Source: a virus. Taken from it: a DNA stretch of 64,000 bases. Numbering within the stretch: the first letter of the stretch is position 1; every line of letters begins with the position of its first letter. Positions 18,421-27,542 of this stretch are shown here, in pieces. The translations under genes and the position numbers were made by a program. The stretch is from the IMG/VR virus record IMGVR_UViG_3300042508_000428; one strand, written 5' to 3'. The notes beneath the pieces are model-generated. The model searched no databases. It was not told the DNA's origin and saw nothing but the letters and a program-made list of their open reading frames with translations.

Positions 18421-19371
18421 ATGAAAAAACTGCTCTTAACTCTCTTTTTATTACTATTATCAAATACTGCCAATGCTTGGGAAGCAACAGTTGGGCTTGG
18501 TGGCTATGGTAGGATTTTTGACGAAAAGGATCAGTTAGGAGCAGTTTCAAAACATGAAAGTTTAATTCCAGAATTTTCAGGTGGGTTGGCATTGAATGGA
18601 TCATTTCTGTTTGATGCCAGCCCTTCTTTTAGAATTGGTCCAGATTTAATGCTTGGATACGGCTGGTTGTCTGCCCAAGTAAATGAAAGGTTTGGAACAA
18701 GTTTGCAAAATCAAACTATTATTACCTCTCTAAATGTTCAGTATCAAATTTATGATTTTAGAGTTTCTGTAAAGCCCGGCTTTGTTGTCAATACTCTAAC
18801 CGCTGGATACACAGATAAAATTGACTCTGACACAGGTTTCTCTTCGTCCTTAAGATTTTCAACGGATCTATTTTCATCAGCAAGATTTTTTTTTGAGCCA
18901 CAGGTTTTATTCTCTCCCTCTGTAGAATCAAAGAATTCTTTTGTTCCATCGTATAGTTTAACTTTGGGCTTTGAAAAAATCTTTTCGCCAAAGAAGGTTC
19001 CTGCTCCCGTTGTGGAGAAACCAGTAGAAGTAAAGCCAGCAGTGAAAACACCAGAACCAGTTGTTGAACCTATTAAACTTCCAGAACCAGCAACCCCAGT
19101 TAAGCAACCAGATCCACCAGTTAAAGTTGAGGAAACTAAAGTAGAACCTCAATTAAATGTTGAGTCAAAAGGATACTTGGAAAACATATTAAAGGTTCAT
19201 AAAGTATTAAAATCATCCATTAAAATAATTTATAGTGAAGATAAGATTCTTAAAGAAAAGGCAGAAAAATTAGCAACTTGGTTTGCAGAGCGTGGAGTAA
19301 GTAAAGAAGATATTGTTCTAACAAACACGCTTGAAACAAAAGGCATAAGAATAGAAATTCTCAAAAAGTAG
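18421..19371 (+). CDS. Outer-membrane beta-barrel protein with Pro-rich linker and degenerate OmpA-like C-terminal domain
   Basis: Sec signal ending ANA, amphipathic strands, PV-rich linker, KAEKLATWFAERGVSKEDI...IRIEI resembling the OmpA-C RA..V..YL...GV...RI...RRVEI pattern. Confidence 0.6.
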   Translation: MKKLLLTLFLLLLSNTANAWEATVGLGGYGRIFDEKDQLGAVSKHESLIPEFSGGLALNGSFLFDASPSFRIGPDLMLGYGWLSAQVNERFGTSLQNQTIITSLNVQYQIYDFRVSVKPGFVVNTLTAGYTDKIDSDTGFSSSLRFSTDLFSSARFFFEPQVLFSPSVESKNSFVPSYSLTLGFEKIFSPKKVPAPVVEKPVEVKPAVKTPEPVVEPIKLPEPATPVKQPDPPVKVEETKVEPQLNVESKGYLENILKVHKVLKSSIKIIYSEDKILKEKAEKLATWFAERGVSKEDIVLTNTLETKGIRIEILKK

Positions 19372-19377
19372 GATAAT

Positions 19378-21441
19378 ATGTTAAAGAAAATAATACCGCT
19401 TTTATTTTTAGTCTCCTGTTCGCAAGAGACAGCAGCGCCCACTATTCAAGGGGGCATTGGCTTTGACATACAGCAAGACACCACCATCATTGTTAAAGAT
19501 ATAGAACAACCAGATGTTATTGAATCAGACACAGAACCAGTGGAAGATACACAGGTAGAAGACGCGGAAAATGACCTAGAAAATACGGAAATAATAGAAG
19601 TAGAAGAAGATGCGGTCGAAGATGTTGAGCCTCCTGTAGAGGACACAGAAGAGCCTGAATGTATTGATGAAGACGGCGATGGGTTTGGTGAAAACTGCAA
19701 CTTTGGTATTGATTGCGATGACTTCAATCCAAACTTTGGAGATGTATGCCCAGATTGCTCAAAGGCTGGAACTATAGGCTGTACTTGTTCTGGCAAGCCT
19801 TTATCGTGTTATGAATACGATCCAGCGACAGTAGGAAAAGGCTTGTGTAAAAAAGGTCAGCAATTATGTACAGACGGCTTCTGGAAAGCATGTAGCGGGA
19901 GCATTGGACCAGCACCAGAACTCTGCGACTTCAAAGACAACGACTGCGATGGCGAAACAGACGAGGGCGTAAAATCAACTTGTGGTAATTGTGATCTAAC
20001 TTGTAATCAACAAACTATTGGTTCTGGTGGTAAAGGATGGAATCTAAATAGTGAAAATGCTACAGGGCTTGGTTTGGATCCACAAGGTAATGTAACTCTT
20101 GATTTATCAGCGATCTCGCTCAACTTGAAGTTTATTTGGATCGCAAACTCACCAAATAACACTGTATCCAAAGTTGATTGTAAGACCATTACAGAAGTTG
20201 GTAGATTCCAAGTTTGCTCAGACCCTTCAAGAACTTCTGTTGACCTTGAGGGAAATGTTTGGGTTGCTTGCCGTGGCGATGGTGCCGTAACAAAAATTAT
20301 CGCAGATAAAACAAAATGTGCTGATAAAAACGGCAATGGTATTATTGAAACATCGACAAGCTCACAGCCAATAGGCAATGATGAGTGTATCAAGTTTATT
20401 GTAAACCCCGGCAAAGGATCTTATGCTAGAGGTGCCGCTGTAGATAAAGAAAATCATGTATGGATAGGTTATTGGAACCAAAAAACAATGGTTCGTCTTA
20501 ATGCCAACACTGGCGCAACGATGACGGAAATTCCATTGGGTGTATCGCCCTATGGTTTAGTAATTGACCAAAAGGGAATGATCTGGGCGCAAGGTGAGTT
20601 CAACACGCTGGTCATGATAGACCCTTTGACACAAGTCGTTACAAAGAATAATACCTTACCACAACTAAAGTTCCCTGCTAGTGCTTACGGGCTTAATGTA
20701 GATAAGTATGGTCGTTTGTGGGTTGCTTCGGGCAACAAAGCATCTGTTTATGATCCCAAGACATTACAATGGAAGGTCGTTAACATGAACTGGGGTGGTG
20801 GTCGTGGTGTTGCTACATCAAATGATGGTTATACTTATGTCGCCGTAGATGGTTCAGGCGGGGCAGTAAAAATAAATGGCAATGTTGATCCACCACAAGT
20901 AGAAGGTTTTATCAAGGGAGCAGGAAGCCCTGTCGGTGCTGCTATTGACTATGATGGTTTTGTTTGGGTCGTAAATCAAGGTGGTTCAAGCGCAACAAAG
21001 ATGGATCCAAATACAATGTCTGCGGTAGGAACTGTTTCAGTTGGTTCATCTCCATACACATACTCAGACATGACTGGTTATACTCTAAACTACTTTACTG
21101 CGCCAAAAGGTCAATACAGCACAGTATTCTTTGGAAGTGTATCATCAAACCCAATAACAACTTCCACAATGAAACAAGTGTGGCAGTCAATTTCAGCAGA
21201 AGCGGATCTTCCAGAAGGGACAGCATTGAGGTTTAGATTAAGAGCGGGCAATACAAAAGTAGAACTAGAAAATGCTAAATGGTCTGAGCCTATTGATTTT
21301 CCGCCAGAAGTATTTCCTTATGATCTTACCAAGGCAAATATTATCGGCAACATGCTACAAGTTGAAATACAGTTGACAACAAAAGATAAAAAGGTTGCTC
21401 CAACTCTAAAATCTATAACGGCGAAGTCCAAACTGATTTAA
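19378..21441 (+). CDS. Lipoprotein with D-x-D-G-D-G/DNDCDG metal-binding-type motifs and Vgb/NHL-like beta-propeller
   Basis: Lipobox LVSC, acidic linker, CIDEDGDG...DCDD and ELCDFKDNDCDGETDE, repeats PSRTSVDLEGNVW, ARGAAVD, PYGLVID, PYTYSDMTG. Confidence 0.7.
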   Translation: MLKKIIPLLFLVSCSQETAAPTIQGGIGFDIQQDTTIIVKDIEQPDVIESDTEPVEDTQVEDAENDLENTEIIEVEEDAVEDVEPPVEDTEEPECIDEDGDGFGENCNFGIDCDDFNPNFGDVCPDCSKAGTIGCTCSGKPLSCYEYDPATVGKGLCKKGQQLCTDGFWKACSGSIGPAPELCDFKDNDCDGETDEGVKSTCGNCDLTCNQQTIGSGGKGWNLNSENATGLGLDPQGNVTLDLSAISLNLKFIWIANSPNNTVSKVDCKTITEVGRFQVCSDPSRTSVDLEGNVWVACRGDGAVTKIIADKTKCADKNGNGIIETSTSSQPIGNDECIKFIVNPGKGSYARGAAVDKENHVWIGYWNQKTMVRLNANTGATMTEIPLGVSPYGLVIDQKGMIWAQGEFNTLVMIDPLTQVVTKNNTLPQLKFPASAYGLNVDKYGRLWVASGNKASVYDPKTLQWKVVNMNWGGGRGVATSNDGYTYVAVDGSGGAVKINGNVDPPQVEGFIKGAGSPVGAAIDYDGFVWVVNQGGSSATKMDPNTMSAVGTVSVGSSPYTYSDMTGYTLNYFTAPKGQYSTVFFGSVSSNPITTSTMKQVWQSISAEADLPEGTALRFRLRAGNTKVELENAKWSEPIDFPPEVFPYDLTKANIIGNMLQVEIQLTTKDKKVAPTLKSITAKSKLI

Positions 21442-21444
21442 CAA

Positions 21445-21453
21445 ACTATTTAT
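21445..21453 (+). promoter_or_regulatory. Putative late promoter motif ACTATTTAT
   Basis: Only 4 nt between motif end and ATG 21458, no SD. Confidence 0.55.
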
Positions 21454-21457
21454 AGTA

Positions 21458-21973
21458 ATGTTAGTTATTTTTAAGCTGAGTTTCTGGATCAGCTTATTGT
21501 TCTCTTGTAGACCAGTAGATCCAGTAATAAGCAACAAAATAATTGATTCAGTTGAGTTTCAGGAATCGAGAGGTGTAGCTTCTGTAAGAGATAATGGTTA
21601 TTGTGTTGGGTTAATGCAGATAGATAGAAGATATTCTCCAATACAAAAACCTTATTTAAAAATTCCTTATCTCAATCGAATCATTGGCGTGCGAATGCTT
21701 CGATATTGGCATAAGCAGGCGAGAGGTGATATGAATCATGCTCTTGCGGCCTATAATTGTGGATATGCTGGATTAAATACCACTTGCGGTTCTGGATATG
21801 CCAGCGCCGTTTTAAATAGAAATCTTGTTCGTAAGAGAAAGAATCCCGAAAGTTGTTTTATTATGGGAAATATTATTAATTATTATTTCGACAATAAACA
21901 CTATTTAGTTAAGTGGAGAAATAAATTATGGCATTACCAACAATCACCCCGGCATCAACGACAACAACGGTAA
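21458..21973 (+). CDS. Lytic transglycosylase (SLT family), probably a lipoprotein
   Basis: QES catalytic Glu, GLMQI, ALAAYNCG motifs; N-terminal hydrophobic stretch ending LFSC. Confidence 0.85.
   Translation: MLVIFKLSFWISLLFSCRPVDPVISNKIIDSVEFQESRGVASVRDNGYCVGLMQIDRRYSPIQKPYLKIPYLNRIIGVRMLRYWHKQARGDMNHALAAYNCGYAGLNTTCGSGYASAVLNRNLVRKRKNPESCFIMGNIINYYFDNKHYLVKWRNKLWHYQQSPRHQRQQR
21900..21908 (+). promoter_or_regulatory. Putative late promoter motif ACTATTTAG (neck operon)
   Basis: 28 nt before ATG 21928, GGAG SD. Confidence 0.6.
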
Positions 21974-23178
21974 GATTATCATCTTCCGCAACAGCAACAG
22001 AAGCTTCAACCGCTTCAAACTATCCGTTCAGCATATACACAACAGATCAATACTTCTTGACTGGAGCGGCGGAGCAAGTTGCCTTTGTTTATAAAATGTT
22101 AGGCGGCGATGTATTAGATATTGAATTAAGAAATCAAAATGTATTTTCTGCTTACCAAGCCGCTTGTATGGAATATTCCTACCTTGTAAACATTCATCAA
22201 GCAAAGAACTCTCTACCAAATATGCTTGGTGCAACAACAGGAACTTTTGATCATAAGGGTTCTCTTTTGTCTGGTCCAACCGGCTCAAACGTTGCATTAA
22301 AGTTTCCAAGATTCCAAGCACAACTACCAAGAAATGTTGCCAAAGGTTTTGGAGCCTCTGTTGGGGTTGGCGGTGATGTTCCTGTTTATTCAGCATCAAT
22401 TAATTTAACCTCAAGTGTTCAAGATTATGATTTACAAGCAGCAGCAGACGAAGCATTAACTGCTGCTGGAAAATCAAATTTAGTTGGCAAAAGAGCAGTT
22501 GTAACAAAAGTTTATTATGTAACTCCAAGAGCTATGTGGAGATTCTTTGCTTATTACGGTGGTATTAATGTCATTGGTAATATGACAACCTATGGTATGT
22601 ATACCGATGATTCTACGTTTGAAGTCGTTCCCACTTGGCAGAATAAGCTTCAAGCTATGATGTATGAGGATTCAATCTATACAAGAACTTCTCATCACTC
22701 TTATGAGATTGTGGACAACAAATTAAGACTATATCCAGTGCCAGCAGTTACAGACGTAACAAAGATGTATTTTAGATTTTACATCGTTCCCGACGCTTGG
22801 GAAGCAGGAACTTCAAATGATGGTATTGGTGGCATCAATAACCTAAACACTCTACCTTTCGAGAATATACCCTATACTAACATCAATAGCATAGGAAAGC
22901 AATGGATCAGAAGATATGCATTAGCTTTGTCAAAAGAAATGCTTGGTCAAATTCGTGGTAAGTTTGGAGGAAATGTTCCATCTCCAGGAGTTACAATCAC
23001 TCTTAATGCAACCGCTTTATTAGGTGAAGCCGAGAAAGAAAAGACTGCATTAAGAGATGAATTGGTTAAAGTTCTTGATGAATTAACATATACCAAGATT
23101 ACAGAAACACAAGCCAGCATAGCCAAGAATGCTGCGGAAACAATGAAATACGCACCACTACCAATCTTTGTAGGATAA
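21928..23178 (+). CDS. Neck/head-completion protein (T4 gp13-like)
   Basis: LGGDVLDIEL N-terminal motif, WIRRYALALSKEMLGQIRGKF and LNATALL..AEKEK C-terminal motifs; position. Confidence 0.75.
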   Translation: MALPTITPASTTTTVRLSSSATATEASTASNYPFSIYTTDQYFLTGAAEQVAFVYKMLGGDVLDIELRNQNVFSAYQAACMEYSYLVNIHQAKNSLPNMLGATTGTFDHKGSLLSGPTGSNVALKFPRFQAQLPRNVAKGFGASVGVGGDVPVYSASINLTSSVQDYDLQAAADEALTAAGKSNLVGKRAVVTKVYYVTPRAMWRFFAYYGGINVIGNMTTYGMYTDDSTFEVVPTWQNKLQAMMYEDSIYTRTSHHSYEIVDNKLRLYPVPAVTDVTKMYFRFYIVPDAWEAGTSNDGIGGINNLNTLPFENIPYTNINSIGKQWIRRYALALSKEMLGQIRGKFGGNVPSPGVTITLNATALLGEAEKEKTALRDELVKVLDELTYTKITETQASIAKNAAETMKYAPLPIFVG

Positions 23179-23182
23179 TTAA

Positions 23183-23680
23183 ATGGCAAAAAAGAATCAG
23201 TTTACACAACCAGCAGCTCCTCCGCCTCCGATGTTTATTAACCAACCGGAGAGAGACTTTAATAAACAAATAGTTACAGAGGTCGCTGAAAGAGTTAGTG
23301 GTCAACCTATTCTTTATTATCCAATTGATATTGATTCAACAGATTTTCATCCTCTTTATGGTGAAGCAATAACAAAGACATTTCTTCCACCAGTTAGAGT
23401 ATACGCCTTTGTTGAATTTTCTGGCAAGTACATAGAAACAAAAGTAGATAAGTTTGGTTTAGAAAAAGATACAACGATGACAGTTCATTTCCACAAGAGA
23501 AGATTAACAGAAGATCAGGATCTTTATGTTAGAGAAGGTGATTTTATTCTACACAATGGAGTTCTCTACGAGATTGTAAAATTATCCGAACCACCTTCTC
23601 CTTATGGTCAAACAGAGAACAGAGTAGAAATAACAGCAACATGTATTAAGAGCAGAAAGGGTCTATTCAACGCACAATAA
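23183..23680 (+). CDS. Neck/head-closure protein (T4 gp14-like)
   Basis: ILYYPID, LYGEA..K.F, KFGLE, REGDFI motifs; position after gp13-like gene. Confidence 0.7.
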   Translation: MAKKNQFTQPAAPPPPMFINQPERDFNKQIVTEVAERVSGQPILYYPIDIDSTDFHPLYGEAITKTFLPPVRVYAFVEFSGKYIETKVDKFGLEKDTTMTVHFHKRRLTEDQDLYVREGDFILHNGVLYEIVKLSEPPSPYGQTENRVEITATCIKSRKGLFNAQ

Positions 23681-23690
23681 AGGTATATAA

Positions 23691-24536
23691 ATGGACACAT
23701 CATATAAACAACAAGACAATCCAACACCAGTTTCTACTTTTGAAACAATTGATATGGCAATGTTTACTTGGTTAAATGAAACTCTTGATGTTCATGCCAC
23801 AACGAACGAAGGTATTAAGAAAGTTCCTGTTGTTTGGTTTACAAGAGAAAGAGCATTTCAAATTAAAGAAGAAAGAGATAATAGAGATAATAATGGATTT
23901 TTAGATTTTCCACAAATTCAATTAGCAAGAACTACAATGGCATTAACAACAAAAGCAGAAAGTCCATTACCAGGGATATTTAGAAAAGGCATAGATTATA
24001 AAAATAATCAGTTTGGATTCTGGAGAAAAGTACAACAAGATAAAACAAAAAACTTCGCTAATGCTAAATCACAAAGAGTCTATGGTCAACCAAATTTTAA
24101 GTTTAATAATAATGAAATTGTATATGAATGGGTATTTACTCCATATCCATCATATTATGACATAACTTACGAAGTGTCAATGAAGTCAATTTATATACAG
24201 CAAATTAATGAAATGATGGCTCCGCTACAAAGAATTATTGTTCCATATAATGCTGGTGTATTTATGTTGAGGTATGGAGGTTTTAAGTATGAAGCCTTTG
24301 TTGATAAAGCAATGAATTTTACAACAAACTCTCCAGACATAGGAGAGGCAGAAAAAATTTATGAATCCAAATTTACAGTTAAAGTTTTAGGGTTTACAAC
24401 GACGAGTGATACTAATCAGACAACTCCAAATACTGTTTACAGAGAGACTCCGGCAAAAGTCAGGATCAATCGTGAGAGAACTATTTTGGGAGATATAAAT
24501 ACAAATGGTGATCCAGATACTCCATATAGAGAATGA
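23691..24536 (+). CDS. Tail terminator/completion protein (T4 gp15-like)
   Basis: KVPVVW...ER, PYPSYYDITYEV motifs; between neck and sheath. Confidence 0.6.
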   Translation: MDTSYKQQDNPTPVSTFETIDMAMFTWLNETLDVHATTNEGIKKVPVVWFTRERAFQIKEERDNRDNNGFLDFPQIQLARTTMALTTKAESPLPGIFRKGIDYKNNQFGFWRKVQQDKTKNFANAKSQRVYGQPNFKFNNNEIVYEWVFTPYPSYYDITYEVSMKSIYIQQINEMMAPLQRIIVPYNAGVFMLRYGGFKYEAFVDKAMNFTTNSPDIGEAEKIYESKFTVKVLGFTTTSDTNQTTPNTVYRETPAKVRINRERTILGDINTNGDPDTPYRE

Positions 24537-24552
24537 TTTTGAGATTCTTAAA

Positions 24553-24561
24553 ACTATTTAT
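24553..24561 (+). promoter_or_regulatory. Putative late promoter motif ACTATTTAT (tail operon)
   Basis: 36 nt before ATG 24589, AGGAG SD. Confidence 0.7.
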
Positions 24562-24588
24562 TAGGAGTTACTCATAGGAGAAAAGTAA

Positions 24589-27528
24589 ATGGCAGTAAAA
24601 GCTTTCAAGTTTGCATCCCCAGGCATCTTTTTAAATGAAATAGATCAATCACAAGTTGCAGAATCTCCTGCATCAGTTGGACCAATCATCATTGGTAGAG
24701 CAGAAAGAGGGCCAGCAATGCGTCCTGTTACAGTTGCTTCTTACGATGAGTTTGTACAAACGTTTGGTGAACCGGTTGCTGGTGGAGATTCTTCTGGAGA
24801 TGTTTGGAGAAGTGGTATTCCTTCTGGTCCAACATATGGTGGTTATGCTGCTCAAGCTTGGTTGGCAAACAACCCAACAGTTACATTCGTAAGATTATTA
24901 GGAACACAAGCTGATAATCCAGAATCTACAAGTTTAAATAATCAAGGGAAAGCAGGATGGACAGTTGGAAGCCCAACGCCTTCTGCCCCTAAAGGTGCTT
25001 ATGGATTATTTGTTTTTCCTTCATCATCTGAATCTTCTGTTATAATGGCTGGTTGTTTAGCTGCTGTTTGGTATTGCTCTGGTACTGTTCCAGTGCTCTC
25101 TGGTACTTTGTATGGTACGTCATCTCCAAAACAAAATAATGGTATTATGATTAATAGTACTAGTGGTCTTTTTTCTGTATATATGAGTGGAACTTCTGGT
25201 CAAGGAGTTGATACAAATACTGTTAAGTATTTCGATTTTAGCCCAACAAGTGATAAATTTGTTAGAAAAGTGTTTAACACAAATCCACAAAATGCAAATA
25301 CAGATTCTACCTCTGGTCCTTCAAATACAAGTACTTCTTTTTATGGATATTGGTTAGGAGAAACTTTTGAAAATGAATTACCATTTATGGTTATATCGGG
25401 GTCTTCTTCTTATCCGCTAAACGGGGTTAATGGCGTATTAACAAATTCTGTTGGTATAATTTTACCAATTAAATTTGAAAATAGATTAGACAAACAAGCA
25501 AATGAAAGCAATGCAGCTAGAACAGGCTGGATCATTGGTCAGGGATCTTCTGGAGTTGTAGCTGACTTTTCAGCCAAAAATCAGAAGAAATTATTTAGAT
25601 TTATTTCTCTTGATTATGGTGATTGGACAAGAAACAATTTAAAAGTAACAATCAATAATATTATTGCTCCACAAAATGATGCGCAAAAATATGGAACATT
25701 TGATGTTGAAGTTCGAAGAGTGTATGACACTGATGCAAATAAAATTATTGTAGAAAGTTTTGTCGGTTGTACACTAGATCCTGATTCTCCTAGTTATATC
25801 GCAAGAAAAATTGGAGATACATATTACAGTTGGGATGAATCTAATAGAATATTATCTGAAGTTGGGGAGAATCCAAACAATTCTCAATTTATCAGAGTCG
25901 AAATGGCTCCTGACTATGTATCAAATGCAGGAGATATTCCGTTCGGCGTATTAGGTCCGCTAAAATATGACATTGCTACTTTCGCTTCTCAGGCGAACGT
26001 TACAAATGGTGTTGGATTTGTTTACGGAACTTCAAGTTGTTTCGCACAAACTTCATCAGTCAATTTAACTGCCAGTGGTGGTCCATCAGATCAAGCATTT
26101 AGATTTAATTTTCCATCATTAAGAACAAGAGTGTCTTCATCAGAAGATTCTTTAACAACTTACAAATTAGCTGATTGGGGAGCTGCCACCACAAGAGCTG
26201 CTTCTTCTATTCTTTATAATGAAGGCGTTAATGATATTTTAAGATTACCATTGACTGGGTCTGGATTTTATACTGGTATGGAAGGTGGTGGCTTATCTTA
26301 TGCTTGGGCATTTAGCTTAGACGATGTTCGCGTAACCGGTTCACAGCTTACAGGAAGCACTTGGCAAAATAAATATTTTATTTGGACTGCTGGGTCAAAA
26401 ACAAATTCTGGTATAAATGGTTCTTATACTGCTGTTAGTGGTACATTTGCACAACTTTTAAACACCGAAGGTGTAAATTCTTTCACAACCACTTTCCAAG
26501 GTGGTACTGATGGATTTAACGTTATGGAAGGTGAGCCACTAAGAAATTCTGCAATGACAGTCGGATCTTCAACAGATCAAAACAGCTATATCTACAATAC
26601 ATACAGAAGAGCAATTGATACGGTAAGAGATCCAGAATTTGTTCAAGGCAATCTCTTTACCATTCCAGGATTAGCTTATGAGCCATTAACTCTATATGCT
26701 GCACAAATGGCAGAAAGTAGAGCAGATGTAATGGCAATTATTGATGCGTCTGGAGTAGGAGCCAATTTAGCTTCTTATGTAACCAAACAAGAAAAAAGTG
26801 ACAACGCACAAGGAACAGCAACTCCAAGAGTTGCTCCTGTTAGTGATGTTGTTACAAGAATGAAAGCTAGAAATTTAAATACAAGTTATGCTGCAACATA
26901 TTATCCTTGGGTTCAAATTTCTGATTCTGTAACGGGTAAGATTGTTCCAATTCCATCATCAGTTGTTGCTCTCGGCGCAATGTCCTACAATGATAGTGTT
27001 CAAGCCCCTTGGTTTGCTCCAGCAGGATTTAATCGTGGTGGTTTATCAACCGGCAATGCAGGCGTAAACGTTGTTAACATTGTTAAGAAATTAACATCTG
27101 CAGAAAGAGATCAACTCTATCCAGTCAACGTTAATCCAATCGCATCATTCCCAAATGAAGGAATTGTAATCTTTGGACAGAAGACACTACAGGCAACTCC
27201 ATCTGCTCTGGACAGAATTAATGTTCGTAGATTAATGCTCTACATCAAGAGAGGAATTAACATAATCTCAACAAGAGTTCTATTTGAACCAAATGTTCAA
27301 GATACTTGGAACAACTTTAAAGATCAAGCAGAACCATTCCTTGCAGATGTAAAAGCAAGATTCGGTTTGACGGATTATAGATTAATTCTAGATGAGACAA
27401 CAACAACTCCAGATTTAATCGATCAAAATATCTTGTATGCAAAGATTTTCTTGAAACCAACAAAAGCAATCGAATTCATTGCAGTTGACTTCTTTATTAC
27501 AAAATCAGGAGCTTCATTCAATATTTAA
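24589..27528 (+). CDS. Tail sheath protein (T4 gp18-like)
   Basis: SPGIFLNEIDQS N-terminus; YYPWV, WFAPAGFNRG, GQKTLQ, LDRINVRRL, FEPN, PTKAIEFI. Confidence 0.97.
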   Translation: MAVKAFKFASPGIFLNEIDQSQVAESPASVGPIIIGRAERGPAMRPVTVASYDEFVQTFGEPVAGGDSSGDVWRSGIPSGPTYGGYAAQAWLANNPTVTFVRLLGTQADNPESTSLNNQGKAGWTVGSPTPSAPKGAYGLFVFPSSSESSVIMAGCLAAVWYCSGTVPVLSGTLYGTSSPKQNNGIMINSTSGLFSVYMSGTSGQGVDTNTVKYFDFSPTSDKFVRKVFNTNPQNANTDSTSGPSNTSTSFYGYWLGETFENELPFMVISGSSSYPLNGVNGVLTNSVGIILPIKFENRLDKQANESNAARTGWIIGQGSSGVVADFSAKNQKKLFRFISLDYGDWTRNNLKVTINNIIAPQNDAQKYGTFDVEVRRVYDTDANKIIVESFVGCTLDPDSPSYIARKIGDTYYSWDESNRILSEVGENPNNSQFIRVEMAPDYVSNAGDIPFGVLGPLKYDIATFASQANVTNGVGFVYGTSSCFAQTSSVNLTASGGPSDQAFRFNFPSLRTRVSSSEDSLTTYKLADWGAATTRAASSILYNEGVNDILRLPLTGSGFYTGMEGGGLSYAWAFSLDDVRVTGSQLTGSTWQNKYFIWTAGSKTNSGINGSYTAVSGTFAQLLNTEGVNSFTTTFQGGTDGFNVMEGEPLRNSAMTVGSSTDQNSYIYNTYRRAIDTVRDPEFVQGNLFTIPGLAYEPLTLYAAQMAESRADVMAIIDASGVGANLASYVTKQEKSDNAQGTATPRVAPVSDVVTRMKARNLNTSYAATYYPWVQISDSVTGKIVPIPSSVVALGAMSYNDSVQAPWFAPAGFNRGGLSTGNAGVNVVNIVKKLTSAERDQLYPVNVNPIASFPNEGIVIFGQKTLQATPSALDRINVRRLMLYIKRGINIISTRVLFEPNVQDTWNNFKDQAEPFLADVKARFGLTDYRLILDETTTTPDLIDQNILYAKIFLKPTKAIEFIAVDFFITKSGASFNI

Positions 27529-27542
27529 TAGGAGAGTAATAT

